From assembly GCA_036703075.1 (NCBI GenBank), contig DATNPT010000475.1, positions 1,037-65,036 on the forward strand: a stretch of DNA of 64,000 nt. Direction: 5' to 3'. Made by a program: the position numbers and the translations under genes. The notes beneath the pieces were generated by a model. The model was not told where the DNA came from. It saw only the letters and a list, made by a program, of their open reading frames with translations, and ran no database searches. Below are positions 6,780-17,004 of this stretch, piece by piece. The stretch is from Chroococcales cyanobacterium. GTDB taxonomy: Bacteria > Cyanobacteriota > Cyanobacteriia > Cyanobacteriales > Coleofasciculaceae. Numbering within the stretch: position 1 is the first letter of the stretch; each line of letters opens with the position of its first letter.

Positions 6780-9068
6780 ATGTTACGGATTCTGATCGTT
6801 GATGACAATCCCCATGACCGAATTCTGGCTATTCGCTCCCTAGAACGAGAGTTGTCTGAGCTACAGATCGAGGAGGTGGCAAAAGCTGAAGAACTCGATC
6901 GCGCCCTAGAACGAGGCAACTTTGACTTAGTCATCACGGATTACCAACTGCGTTGGAGCGATGGATTAACTGTATTTCGTGCCATCAAAACTCGTTATCC
7001 CGATTGCCCTGTGATTATGTTCACGAATAGTGGCACTCAGGAAATCGCCGTGGAGGCGATGAAAGCGGGTCTAGATGATTATGTTCTAAAGTCACCAAAG
7101 CACTACATTCGCCTAGCCGCAGCCGTCCGCTTGGCCTGGACAAACACTGAAATTCGACGGAAAGCAGCAGGTCTCGAAAATCGCTTGCAGGGTTTGCTCA
7201 ATCAGTTGAATGTGGGGATTTTTCGGTTGAGTGAAGATGGCGCTCTACTAGAGGCTAATCCAGCATTCTTAGGCTTGCTCGGTTTAGGGTCGTTATCAGA
7301 CTCTCTGGGTCGATCGCTTGAGAGTTATTTTCAACCTGAAGACTATACTCGACTGTTGCATCAGCTAAAAGAAGAGGGACAAATCCGCAATGATGAAGTG
7401 CAATTAAGACGAGCTGACGGCGCTTCAATCTGGGTGCGTTTGAGCGAAACCAACAGCCAAGTTGACGGTCAAACAATTATTGAAGGCTTGATCGAAGATA
7501 TTAGCGATCGCTTCCTAGCGGAACAGGCACTCAAAGCCAGCGAATCTCGATTTAGGCGCTTAGTCGCCGCCAACATGATCGGCTGCACGTTCTGGGATAC
7601 CAGTGGCAATATTAGCGATGCCAATGATGCGTTTTTGCGGATGGTGGGTTACACGCGAGACGATTTGCTCGCGGGTAAATTGAACTGGAGAACAATGACC
7701 CCAGTCGAACAGTTGCATTTGAGCGAACAAGCAATTGTCCAGATGCAGGCATTTGGAGCAGCGAGTCCCTTTGAAAAGGAATACATTTGCTCAGATGGGA
7801 GTCGCGTTTCTGTAATTTTAGGGGGAGTTCTCTTAGAAGGGTCTGAAGACGAGGGAGTTAGTTTTGTCCTCGACTTGAGCGAACGCAAGCAATTAGAAAA
7901 TCAACTCCGGCAACAAGCCCAACAATTAGAACAGGCTAACCGTCTCAAGGATGAGTTCTTAGCCGTACTCAGCCATGAATTGCGATCGCCCCTCAATTCC
8001 ATTCTCGGCTGGGCAAAGCTGCTACGGACTCGAAATTTAGATCCAGCAACAATGGCACGCGCGATCGAGACCATCGAACGAAATGCCAGCTTACAAACTC
8101 AACTAATTGAAGATTTACTGGATGTTTCGCGGATTCTTCAGGGCAAGATTAGTCTAAATATTATTCCGACTAATCTTGTATCTACGATTAAGGCAGCACT
8201 GGAAACCATGCGCCTAGCTGCCCAAGCTAAGTCGATTCAAGTTGAGTGTTTGCTCGATTCTAGCGTAGGGTTAGTTGCTGGCGACCCCAATCGCTTGCAG
8301 CAAGTTGTTTGGAATCTACTATCCAATGCTATTAAATTTACCTCTCCTGGTGGACGTGTCCAAATTGCCCTCAAGGGTCAAGGTTCCCAAGCTCAGCTCC
8401 AAGTCAGCGATACGGGTAAAGGGATTAGCGCCGACTTTCTACCTCATGTTTTTGATTCCTTCCGTCAAGCGGATGCTTCAACCACTCGGTCGCAAGGAGG
8501 TCTGGGATTGGGTTTAGCGATCGTGCGTCATCTGGTGGAACTGCACGGCGGGACTGTCAGTGCAGAAAGTCTGGGGAAAGGACAAGGCGCAACTTTTACG
8601 GTCAAGCTACCGCTGATGAATACTGTTATAGAGAGCGATCGCAAGCCAGAATCGTTCAACAATACTCCAGATTTGGCAGGCGTGCGAGTACTTGTTGTAG
8701 AAGATGATACAGATAGCCGAGAACTGATTACCTTTGTACTCGAACAGTATGGAGCCGAAGCGATCGCGGTTGCCTCGACAGCCCAGGCGCTCTCAACCCT
8801 AGAAAAATTGAAGCCCGATGTCTTAGTCAGCGATATTGGTATGCCGCAAGAGGATGGTTATGCCCTCATCCGTAAAGTGAGAGCTAGCGAATCCAAGCAA
8901 GAAGACCCTATTCCCGCTGTAGCGCTAACGGCCTATGCTAGGGAGGAAGATTACAAACAAGCCATAGAAGCTGGATTCCAGCGACATATCCCTAAGCCAG
9001 TCGAACCGAACGAGTTGGTAGCTGCTGTAGCCCAACTGGTCGGGCGACCTAAACCGTTCTCAAATTAG
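6780..9068 (+). CDS. hybrid sensor kinase REC-PAS-PAS-HisKA-HATPase-REC
   Basis: 762 aa. It has an N-terminal receiver, two PAS regions, the H-box FLAVLSHELRSPLNSILGW, an HATPase core (NLLSNAIKFT, DTGKGI, GGLGLGLAIV) and a C-terminal receiver (VLVVEDDTDSR..SDIGMPQEDG..KP). Confidence 0.85.
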   Translation: MLRILIVDDNPHDRILAIRSLERELSELQIEEVAKAEELDRALERGNFDLVITDYQLRWSDGLTVFRAIKTRYPDCPVIMFTNSGTQEIAVEAMKAGLDDYVLKSPKHYIRLAAAVRLAWTNTEIRRKAAGLENRLQGLLNQLNVGIFRLSEDGALLEANPAFLGLLGLGSLSDSLGRSLESYFQPEDYTRLLHQLKEEGQIRNDEVQLRRADGASIWVRLSETNSQVDGQTIIEGLIEDISDRFLAEQALKASESRFRRLVAANMIGCTFWDTSGNISDANDAFLRMVGYTRDDLLAGKLNWRTMTPVEQLHLSEQAIVQMQAFGAASPFEKEYICSDGSRVSVILGGVLLEGSEDEGVSFVLDLSERKQLENQLRQQAQQLEQANRLKDEFLAVLSHELRSPLNSILGWAKLLRTRNLDPATMARAIETIERNASLQTQLIEDLLDVSRILQGKISLNIIPTNLVSTIKAALETMRLAAQAKSIQVECLLDSSVGLVAGDPNRLQQVVWNLLSNAIKFTSPGGRVQIALKGQGSQAQLQVSDTGKGISADFLPHVFDSFRQADASTTRSQGGLGLGLAIVRHLVELHGGTVSAESLGKGQGATFTVKLPLMNTVIESDRKPESFNNTPDLAGVRVLVVEDDTDSRELITFVLEQYGAEAIAVASTAQALSTLEKLKPDVLVSDIGMPQEDGYALIRKVRASESKQEDPIPAVALTAYAREEDYKQAIEAGFQRHIPKPVEPNELVAAVAQLVGRPKPFSN

Positions 9069-9204
9069 CATCATTCCGAAAATTTAGCCTCGTTCCCACC
9101 AAGGAGTGATTACATCGATCTCCGAACTTGGCACAATCACCTCATAAGGCTAGCACTGACGAAAGCCGGGGCGGTCTAACCGATTTGGCTTGAGGTAAGG
9201 GTTA

Positions 9205-9678
9205 ATGATTAAATCTTGGATGGTCATTGGGGCTGTAACCCTTCTCGTAGCGCTGGGTGGTAACTTCATAACGCCCAAAGATGTGAAATGGTTTAACCGC
9301 CTGCGACGTCCGAGATGGCTGACATTTGAGAAAGCAATTCCCGTCATCTGGACTGTTGTGTTTATTTGTGGTGCCTGGTCAGCTTATATCGTTTGGGAAA
9401 GTAACCAAGGTAGTACGAGAACTGGGTGGCTGATGGGTTTTTATCTATTGGTGGAATTGGTAACGATTGCTTACAACCCACTCATGCTAAGGCTCCGCAG
9501 CATCAAAGTTGGCACAATTGTCGGTGGGATTGGTTCTGTTTTGGGCATTATCCTAGCACTTGTTGTTTTACCCGTTTCGGGTTGGGCGTCTTTATTACTA
9601 CTGCCTTACATCATTTGGGCTCCGATTGGTACCTACACGACGTGGGAAATGATGCGACTCAATCCAGAAGACGCCTAG
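9205..9678 (+). CDS. TspO/MBR family (tryptophan-rich sensory protein-like) membrane protein
   Basis: 157 aa with five hydrophobic segments. It carries W..L..P.W motifs near the N-terminus and LLLPYIIW near the C-terminus. The match to the family is divergent. Confidence 0.6.
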   Translation: MIKSWMVIGAVTLLVALGGNFITPKDVKWFNRLRRPRWLTFEKAIPVIWTVVFICGAWSAYIVWESNQGSTRTGWLMGFYLLVELVTIAYNPLMLRLRSIKVGTIVGGIGSVLGIILALVVLPVSGWASLLLLPYIIWAPIGTYTTWEMMRLNPEDA

Positions 9679-10137
9679 GAGAAGCGATCGGTTTCGTTGG
9701 TATCCTGGTCTAGGAATTGTCTTGACCCTCTTAGGACTGACGCCATACTTCTCCACATATAGCTGTCGCCCTAAAGGTTACAACAGATCTAGCGGCTGAA
9801 GCGATCGCGTACTAGTAATTAAACCTTCTGCCCTCTGCCTTGTGCCTTTCTCTATAGAAATATAGAGCGAGATCGCTCAACCAGAATAGAGCCTGTAAGC
9901 TATACTGTTGGCTCACCTGAGCGCTAGCCATTCTAATGACTGTAGAAGACGCTTGCACAAGAGAGCGATTCTCCTAGTGTAAATTTGACATAGTACTTTG
10001 ACCCAAGCAGAGAGGGTCGAGAGAAGCTCCAAGCCGGAGAGGGTTTTTTCGGCACAAAGCCTGCTACGAGGAGTAAACTCTTTTTCCTCCTATTTTGCTT
10101 CCGCTCAGGGATGGTGCTCTTTTGAAGATTATTCCCT

Positions 10138-10356
10138 ATGAATTTGCTTAAAGGTCGATTACTACGTTTAGCCGAACAGCTGCCTGACTTGATTGCCCAG
10201 CTGCCTGATGAAAGCGTGGACGACGCTTGGAAGGTTTTACACCCGCTTTACCACGATCTGTATATGCTCTCGGCTATGCAGGAGTCGAGGCAGATGATTA
10301 GACCGGGTGATTTTCTAACTCGTGAAGAGGTGTTACGACTCCTGCACTTTCCGTGA
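10138..10356 (+). CDS. hypothetical small protein, possible antitoxin partner
   Basis: 72-aa ORF lying 67 bp upstream of a RelE/ParE-like ORF. I recognised no motif, so the call rests on position only. Confidence 0.35.
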   Translation: MNLLKGRLLRLAEQLPDLIAQLPDESVDDAWKVLHPLYHDLYMLSAMQESRQMIRPGDFLTREEVLRLLHFP

Positions 10357-10423
10357 CTGAGGCTAGTCAACGAGTATTGTCAACGGAAAATTTTGTTTGT
10401 AGTTCGGAGTCAGAAACCACCCT

Positions 10424-10681
10424 GTGAGCATAGAAGTGCGCTATGCCCGATCGTTTTTGCAAGACCTTAAAAACTTGGAGCCAGAGGCTTATCAGCAAGT
10501 CTGTAAAGTCGTCTTTGAGGACTTTGTGAAGCTCAAGCAGATTCAAGACCTTCCAGGTCTTCACCAGATTAGCTCGGATGCGATGTTTTATCGGTTTACT
10601 ATCGGCAACTACTTAATCGGGATTGAAGTAACGGGTCAAATTGTAAAATTTTGGCGAGTTTTACCCAAACCTTACGTTTGA
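10424..10681 (+). CDS. RelE/ParE-superfamily-like small protein (possible degenerate type II toxin)
   Basis: 85 aa with a GTG start. The layout is toxin-like (FLQDLKNL...FYRFTIGNYLIGIEV.GQIVKFWRVL). The usual C-terminal basic/aromatic catalytic residues are not evident. Confidence 0.45.
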   Translation: MSIEVRYARSFLQDLKNLEPEAYQQVCKVVFEDFVKLKQIQDLPGLHQISSDAMFYRFTIGNYLIGIEVTGQIVKFWRVLPKPYV

Positions 10682-10838
10682 ATATGATGAAAAGAATCTA
10701 GGTAAACCCGTTGTCTGGAGACATTCAAGGCGACAACAAACTCATGCGATAGCGAAAGACATACTAAAAGACACGGAAGAACGGACAGATGACCTCTTAA
10801 ACTTGTGATTGGTGAAAACAGAAGTTTGAGAGCTACTT

Positions 10839-12425
10839 ATGGACGCCGCTGTACTATGGCAACGCTACCAAGACTGGCTATACTACCACGAAAGGTTGAA
10901 TTTTTACCTCGACATCAGCCGTATGCGGTTCGATGACGCTTTTGTCGCAGCAATGCAGCCTAAGTTTGAGAAGGCGTTTCAGGCGATGCAAGAGTTGGAG
11001 GGAGGCGCTATAGCTAACCCCGACGAAAACCGCATGGTCGGTCACTATTGGCTACGAGACCCCGAATTAGCGCCAACGCCGGAACTGCGTCAAGAAATCC
11101 TCAGTACTCTGGAAAAAATTGAAGACTTTGCTGAAAAAGTCCACACAGGTGTCATCCATCCTCCAGGAACGTCTAAATTTACCGATGTTCTCTCTATCGG
11201 TATCGGAGGGTCTGCCCTTGGTCCTGAGTTTGTCGCTGAAGCCCTTGCCCCAGATTCTCCTCCCTTAACCATTCACTTTGTTGACAATACTGACCCCGCG
11301 GGCATCGATCGCGTTCTTAATAGACTACAAGATCGACTCTCTAGCACCCTTGTCTTAGTCATCTCCAAATCTGGAGGAACGCCAGAAACCCGCAACGGCA
11401 TGATTGAGGTCAAAAAAGTCTACGAATCCAAGAATCTAGACTTTGCTCCCCATGCCGTCGCGATTACGGGTGACAATAGCAACCTGGATAAACAAGCTCA
11501 ATCGGAAGGGTGGCTAGCCACCTTTCCCATGTACGACTGGGTCGGTGGTCGCACGTCTGAACTGTCAGCGGTAGGACTGCTGCCCGCTGCCCTACAAGGG
11601 ATAAATATCCGCGACATGCTCGCCGGTGCTAAGGAAATGGATGCCGCCACCCGAATCCCTCAGCTGAACCAAAATCCAGCCGCTCTGCTTGCCTTATCCT
11701 GGTACTTCGCTGGAAAAGGTAAAGGTGAGAAGGATATGGTGGTGTTGCCTTACAAAGATAGTCTGCTGCTATTTTCTCGCTACTTGCAGCAGCTAGTCAT
11801 GGAATCTCTGGGTAAGGAGAAAGACTTGGACGGCAATATCGTCCATCAAGGGATTGCGGTCTATGGCAATAAAGGCTCCACTGACCAACACGCCTATGTG
11901 CAGCAACTAAGGGAAGGCGTGAATAATTTCTTCGTGACGTTCATTGAAGTCTTGGAAGATCGACTAGGTTCGTCGCCAGAAGTAGAACCAGGGGTAACAT
12001 CTGGAGACTATCTCTCCGGTTTATTACAGGGGACACGAAAAGCACTGTATGAAAATCAGCGAGATTCCATTACGGTGACGATTCCTCAAGTGAATCCTCA
12101 CATGGTAGGGGCACTGATTGCGCTCTATGACCGTGCCGTTGGTTTTTATGGTTTCCTGGTGAATATCAATGCTTACCACCAACCAGGGGTAGAAGCTGGC
12201 AAGAAGGCAGCGGCGGCTATCTTAGATTTACAAAAACGGGTCGTACAAGTGCTACAGGGAGAAAGTACTGCCTTGTCTCTGCCAGAATTAGCTCAGAAAG
12301 TAGGAGAGCCTGACCAAATTGAAGCGATTTACAAAGTGGTGCGTCATCTTGCCTACAACCAGCGAGGCGTTGCCTTAGAGGGTGACTTAGGTCAGCTCAG
12401 TAGCCTAAAAGTTTCTGTAGCTTAA
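10839..12425 (+). CDS. pgi: glucose-6-phosphate isomerase
   Basis: 528 aa with full-length PGI blocks ([47 protein letters not shown]). Confidence 0.95.
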   Translation: MDAAVLWQRYQDWLYYHERLNFYLDISRMRFDDAFVAAMQPKFEKAFQAMQELEGGAIANPDENRMVGHYWLRDPELAPTPELRQEILSTLEKIEDFAEKVHTGVIHPPGTSKFTDVLSIGIGGSALGPEFVAEALAPDSPPLTIHFVDNTDPAGIDRVLNRLQDRLSSTLVLVISKSGGTPETRNGMIEVKKVYESKNLDFAPHAVAITGDNSNLDKQAQSEGWLATFPMYDWVGGRTSELSAVGLLPAALQGINIRDMLAGAKEMDAATRIPQLNQNPAALLALSWYFAGKGKGEKDMVVLPYKDSLLLFSRYLQQLVMESLGKEKDLDGNIVHQGIAVYGNKGSTDQHAYVQQLREGVNNFFVTFIEVLEDRLGSSPEVEPGVTSGDYLSGLLQGTRKALYENQRDSITVTIPQVNPHMVGALIALYDRAVGFYGFLVNINAYHQPGVEAGKKAAAAILDLQKRVVQVLQGESTALSLPELAQKVGEPDQIEAIYKVVRHLAYNQRGVALEGDLGQLSSLKVSVA

Positions 12426-12447
12426 CCGGATTGCCTCTATTAGGCTA

Positions 12448-12497
12448 CCCCGACTTACTCCGCTTCGCGCTGCCGCTCCGTTTCGTAGAAGTCGGGG
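12448..12497 (+). terminator. stem-loop downstream of pgi
   Basis: ccccgactt (12448-12456) pairs with aagtcgggg (12489-12497). The loop is large and the T tract weak (atttct). Confidence 0.35.
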
Positions 12498-12666
12498 ATT
12501 TCTGCGATGATGTATGATGTAACACTTTTGAGGCGATCGCAAAGCGTCAATAAACCTAAATCGCTCTACCTAAGTAAGAATTTCTCAAAAATAGTTCCTA
12601 GGTTTCTGTTGGGTGGGGCAGACATAGCATAGCGTAAGAAGTAGATCTGCTCTTATATTGGTACCC

Positions 12667-13389
12667 ATGCCATTGACCATCCTGGTTGCAGACGACAACC
12701 TGGGGACCCGTCTTTCCGTCAGCGATTACCTGGAGATATCAGGCTATTCAGTCATCGCGGCTGAAGATGGTCAACAGGCGCTGTCGATGATTGAAACGTA
12801 TCACCCTCACATCCTCGTGACAGACATCAACATGCCACGCATGGATGGTTATGAGTTAGTCCGAAAAGTCCGTCAGAAGCCTGCGTTTCGATTGTTACCA
12901 GTTGTCTTTTTAACCGAACGTACCAGCACAGAAGAACGCATTAAAGGCTACCAGACGGGTTGTGACCTCTATCTTCCTAAGCCCTTTGAAATGCAGGAAC
13001 TCGGTGCGGTGATTCGCAGTCTTCTGGAGCGAGCGCAGGTCATTCAATCAGAGCTACGATATTCCTCAACAGAAGCCAGACAAACGTCCCAACTCGAAAC
13101 CGACTCAGCATCAGCAGATAGAATAGACAATACTCCAAAAGAGGCGATCGCGAAGCGGGAGACAGGGTCATTCTTTGCTCCTAAAGACCTAAATATCAAT
13201 CTGACCCAGCGAGAACAGCAAGTTTTGGATCTACTCACTACAGGTTTGTCTAATGCTGAAATTGGCAAAAAGCTACATTTGAGTGCTCGGACAGTCGAAA
13301 AGTATGTCAGCACCCTCTTAAGAAAAACGGCAACTAGCAAACGGGCAGAACTTGTACGGTTTGCACTGGAAAATCATTTAGTCGAGTAG
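12667..13389 (+). CDS. NarL/LuxR-type response regulator
   Basis: It has a receiver (ILVADDN..TDINMPRMDG..LPKP), a long acidic/Ser-rich linker and a C-terminal LuxR HTH (LTQREQQVLDLLTTGLSNAEIGKKLHLSARTVEKYV). I prefer the ATG at 12667 over the TTG at 12658 used in the track. Confidence 0.85.
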   Translation: MPLTILVADDNLGTRLSVSDYLEISGYSVIAAEDGQQALSMIETYHPHILVTDINMPRMDGYELVRKVRQKPAFRLLPVVFLTERTSTEERIKGYQTGCDLYLPKPFEMQELGAVIRSLLERAQVIQSELRYSSTEARQTSQLETDSASADRIDNTPKEAIAKRETGSFFAPKDLNINLTQREQQVLDLLTTGLSNAEIGKKLHLSARTVEKYVSTLLRKTATSKRAELVRFALENHLVE

Positions 13390-13841
13390 ATGAGCAGTCC
13401 TTTGAAAAGCAGTGAAAAGCTAGAAGATGTATTGACTGCTCTCTTTTCACTCCCACGTTTCATTAACTAGTTACAACTATCAGAAAATAACAGAGCAAGG
13501 AGAAACCCAGATCGGAAACGAAGAACGGTGAGTAACGAACCGTTCCCTGTTGGTCATTGTTTTATATTGATTGAGTTTATATATTTTTATCAAGGAGAGT
13601 TCGGAAATAGAAGGCTTTAGCTCTTTGGCTAAATTGAGACGCCTTTTACATCATTGAGTTGAGCAACCGCTCTAAGGCTAATATGCAAAAGTTCAAAGGG
13701 AACTTCTTAACGGGTAACAGGCAACAGTACCCACGTTTAAAAACGTGGGATTGAGATAGGGACGTGGTTTTTCGTCGTGCTTCGCACCTAGTAAAACATA
13801 TTTGTTTAAAGTGGGCTTTAAACCCACAATTAAAATTTCAT

Positions 13842-13865
13842 CCCTGTTCCCTGTTCCCTGTTCCC
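13842..13865. repeat. tandem heptamer ccctgtt x3 (STRR-like)
   Basis: Direct reading gives ccctgttccctgttccctgttccc. Confidence 0.85.
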
Positions 13866-14052
13866 AGCTCGTAGAGCTTTATAAAGTTAACCTTTATTGA
13901 ATCTTTATTAGACAGCTCGTACCACCTCATCCACCTGGGGGAAGTTGAAAATCCATAAACGATCCAAGCTATTTTTAGAGGCTATTAACTGGAGCAAGAT
14001 TACGATTGAAACCAGCAGCGATCGAGACAGAAACATCCACAACGACAGCACC

Positions 14053-16872
14053 ATGAACTGGCAGAACATTATACCCTTGAGCTGGAAAGGCCTCTGGGAA
14101 TATTTAACTGGGGTTGGCGTGCTAGCTTTTGCCTACTTTACGACAGCCAAGCTCGCCGTTGTAACGTTAGATCTAGGAGCAGAGGCATCTCCCCTCTGGC
14201 CGCCAGCAGGAGTGGCGTTAGCAGCACTGCTATTACACGGACAACTTATCTGTCCGGGAGTAGTGTTGGGAGCGACGTTATTTGCTAAGTCGTTAGGGGT
14301 GTCGTGGATAGCTGCCTTAAGTATCGCTGGCGGTAGCGCGTTTCAAGCGGTGGTTGGCACCCAATTGCTACGTCAGATGGGGTTTCGTTCTTCTCTAAAA
14401 CGGGTGCAAGATGTTTTACAACTGCTAGTCTTAGGCGCGTGGATATCTCCAATCGTTAATGCCACGATTAGTACGATTATCGGTTACTCGATCGGTACAG
14501 TTGCCCCTAGCCAAGTGGGGAAAAACTGGGGGGTCTTATGGCTGGGTGATGGGATGGGAATTATCGTCGTCACTCCTGCAATATTGGTCTTGAGTCATAC
14601 GCTCTTGACAGTTAGATGGTCGATCGGGCAACAGGCAAGAGTAGCGCATCATTTGCGGAAGCTTCCGAATCCTTTTAAGCCGAGACACTTGATGGGCATA
14701 GCAACCTCGACATTCCAAATCTCTCATCCAGCTGAGGCTGTTGGGTGCTTCGCATTACTTTGCGCGATCGGTTGGCTGGTGTTTGGCTCAAAAACAGCAG
14801 ATGGGATAGCTCAATACCCCCTAGAATATTTGCCCTTTCCGCTGGTTGTGTGGGCGGCACTGCGCTGGAAGCAGTTAGGCGCAGTCATAGCGACACTGAT
14901 TATCTCTGTTATTGCCATTGGGGGAGCGGTACGGGGAGTTGGGCCTTTTGTCGCGAAGACTGGGGAGATTGATATAGCACTCCAGTTTTTACTGTGTTTC
15001 ATGGGTGTCGTTGCCATTGTTGCTCTGCTCTTGGCGGCAGCGGAGGCCGAACGAACTTCGGCAGTAGATTTACTCAAAGAGCGGGAAGCGAGTCTAGCTA
15101 ACGCTCAACGCCTTGCCAAGCTGGGGAATTGGGATTATTACGAGACATGCCAAGGTTGCTCCCAATCCCAATGGCAGTTGCGATGGTCCGATGAACTGTA
15201 TCGCCTCTTTGGATTTGCCGCAGGAGCCTTTCAACCCAGTTGGCAAGCTTTCTTTCAAGTCGTTCATCCAGCCGATCGCGAACAAGTCGGGCAGGCGATT
15301 CGAGGTGCATTGCGAGAGCATAAGCCTTACTGTATTGACTACCGAATTGTGCTACCGGATGGCTCACAGCGCGTGGTGTGCGAACAATCAGAGATGAGTC
15401 AGGATGGGATTAGTGGCACCGTGCAGGATATCACCGATCGCAAGCAGGTTGAAGCCCAGCTGCGTGCGGTGGCCCAACGCGATCGCTTATTGGGAGAGAT
15501 GGCTATGCGGATTCGACGCTCTCTCAATCTCGATTGCATCCTCAACACCACCGTGGCAGAAGTCCGGCAGTTTCTCAAAGCCGATCGCGTTTTCATTGGT
15601 CAAATCGATCGAGTTTCTCAAGAGTGGGAAGGCTCGAAACAACAGGCAAACTTGCAAACCTATCCTGGAGAAGCTGAACCTGTAACGTGTTTAAAAGGTT
15701 TAGTCATCGCTGAGGCAGTTGACCCTGGTTATCCATCTCTTTGCCGCACGATCGTTGATGACGAAAGTACTTTGCAATTATGGCGATCGCAATTTGAAAA
15801 AAATCGCGTTGTTGTAGTTGAGGATACACAAGCGATCGCTTTTTCTCCCCAAATTGCCGGGTACCACTGCGAGTATCAAGTCAGAGCCATTTTAGGAGTG
15901 CCAATTTGGGTGGGAGATGAGTTGTATGGAGCGTTAGTGATTAACCAATGCGAGCAGCCGCGTCAGTGGCAATCGTGGGAAATAGACTGGCTTTGTTCGC
16001 TCGCTACCCAAGTTGCGATCGCGATTCAGCAAGCCCAGCTATATCGGCAAATTACAGACCTCAACACTCACTTAGAATCCCAGGTGGCGGAACGCACGCA
16101 AGAACTCAGTGCCAAAATGGCTGAGCTTCAGGAACTCAACCACCTCAAAGATGTATTTCTCCAAGCTGTTTCCCACGACCTACGCACTTCCCTGTTAGGG
16201 ATGTCAATGGTATTTAATAATTTGTATCGTTCGGCGGGAGAAACCGTCACTCTCAGCCGTCCACTGCTTGAGCGGATGATGACGAGTAGCGAACGTCAGG
16301 TGAATTTGATCGACTCGCTTTTAGAAGACCATTTCCACGAAAAACGCCAATTAGATCTTCACTGCCAACCCGTAAAATTGGACGGGTTAATACACAACCT
16401 CATCACCGACTACTCGCCTATGCTGGCTCAAAATCAAGCTACTCTGACCCAGCAGTTACCCACAGTTTGCCCAGCGATAGCGGTCGATCCGAAGCTGTTA
16501 CAGCGGGTATTGGAAAATTTGCTCACCAATGCCATTAAACATAACCCACCGGGGCTAAACCTAACGTTACAAATCACAGTTGAGGACGAAAGGATTCGTT
16601 GCACCCTCCAGGATGATGGAGTAGGCATGCCCCAAGCCCAACAAAATAGCCTCTTCAAACTCTACATTCGCGGTCTGCACACGAAGCATTTAACGGGTAT
16701 TGGTTTGGGCTTATATCAGTGCCGACAAATTATTAATGCTCACGGTGGGGATATTGGCGTCATTAGTGCCCCAAACGCTGGCTCGACATTTTGGTTCACA
16801 CTCCCTGTGGCTAAAACAACAGCCCTAGATTGCGACGTACAGTTTGTAGGGGCACACGGCTGTGCGCCCTGA
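14053..16872 (+). CDS. MASE1-PAS-GAF sensor histidine kinase
   Basis: It has a polytopic N-terminal MASE1-like membrane domain, PAS, GAF, the H-box FLQAVSHDLRTSLLGM and an HATPase core (NLLTNAIKHN, DDGVGM, GIGLGLYQC). I prefer the ATG at 14053 (MNWQNIIPL). The track ORF begins at a TTG at 13945. Confidence 0.8.
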   Translation: MNWQNIIPLSWKGLWEYLTGVGVLAFAYFTTAKLAVVTLDLGAEASPLWPPAGVALAALLLHGQLICPGVVLGATLFAKSLGVSWIAALSIAGGSAFQAVVGTQLLRQMGFRSSLKRVQDVLQLLVLGAWISPIVNATISTIIGYSIGTVAPSQVGKNWGVLWLGDGMGIIVVTPAILVLSHTLLTVRWSIGQQARVAHHLRKLPNPFKPRHLMGIATSTFQISHPAEAVGCFALLCAIGWLVFGSKTADGIAQYPLEYLPFPLVVWAALRWKQLGAVIATLIISVIAIGGAVRGVGPFVAKTGEIDIALQFLLCFMGVVAIVALLLAAAEAERTSAVDLLKEREASLANAQRLAKLGNWDYYETCQGCSQSQWQLRWSDELYRLFGFAAGAFQPSWQAFFQVVHPADREQVGQAIRGALREHKPYCIDYRIVLPDGSQRVVCEQSEMSQDGISGTVQDITDRKQVEAQLRAVAQRDRLLGEMAMRIRRSLNLDCILNTTVAEVRQFLKADRVFIGQIDRVSQEWEGSKQQANLQTYPGEAEPVTCLKGLVIAEAVDPGYPSLCRTIVDDESTLQLWRSQFEKNRVVVVEDTQAIAFSPQIAGYHCEYQVRAILGVPIWVGDELYGALVINQCEQPRQWQSWEIDWLCSLATQVAIAIQQAQLYRQITDLNTHLESQVAERTQELSAKMAELQELNHLKDVFLQAVSHDLRTSLLGMSMVFNNLYRSAGETVTLSRPLLERMMTSSERQVNLIDSLLEDHFHEKRQLDLHCQPVKLDGLIHNLITDYSPMLAQNQATLTQQLPTVCPAIAVDPKLLQRVLENLLTNAIKHNPPGLNLTLQITVEDERIRCTLQDDGVGMPQAQQNSLFKLYIRGLHTKHLTGIGLGLYQCRQIINAHGGDIGVISAPNAGSTFWFTLPVAKTTALDCDVQFVGAHGCAP

Positions 16873-16877
16873 TGCAG
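16846..16877 (+). repeat. dispersed 32-nt repeat copy overlapping the last codons of the MASE1 kinase ORF
   Basis: See the partner copy at 2221-2252. The kinase ORF ends at 16872, inside this repeat. Confidence 0.85.
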
Positions 16878-17004
16878 GGTGTATTGCATCGAAAACGCAA
16901 ATTGCTGTAATCTCAACTCCGTCGAACTGTCCCTCATCACAAACTCTCCACGTCTGTCGAAATAATGGGAGTTCAACCGGATTTGATTTAACTCTTTGCG
17001 ATCG

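Noticed and set aside
13945-14052. TTG-initiated 36-codon extension of the MASE1 kinase
   Set aside because: The MASE1 membrane domain begins right after the ATG at 14053. The extension is hydrophilic and has no support.
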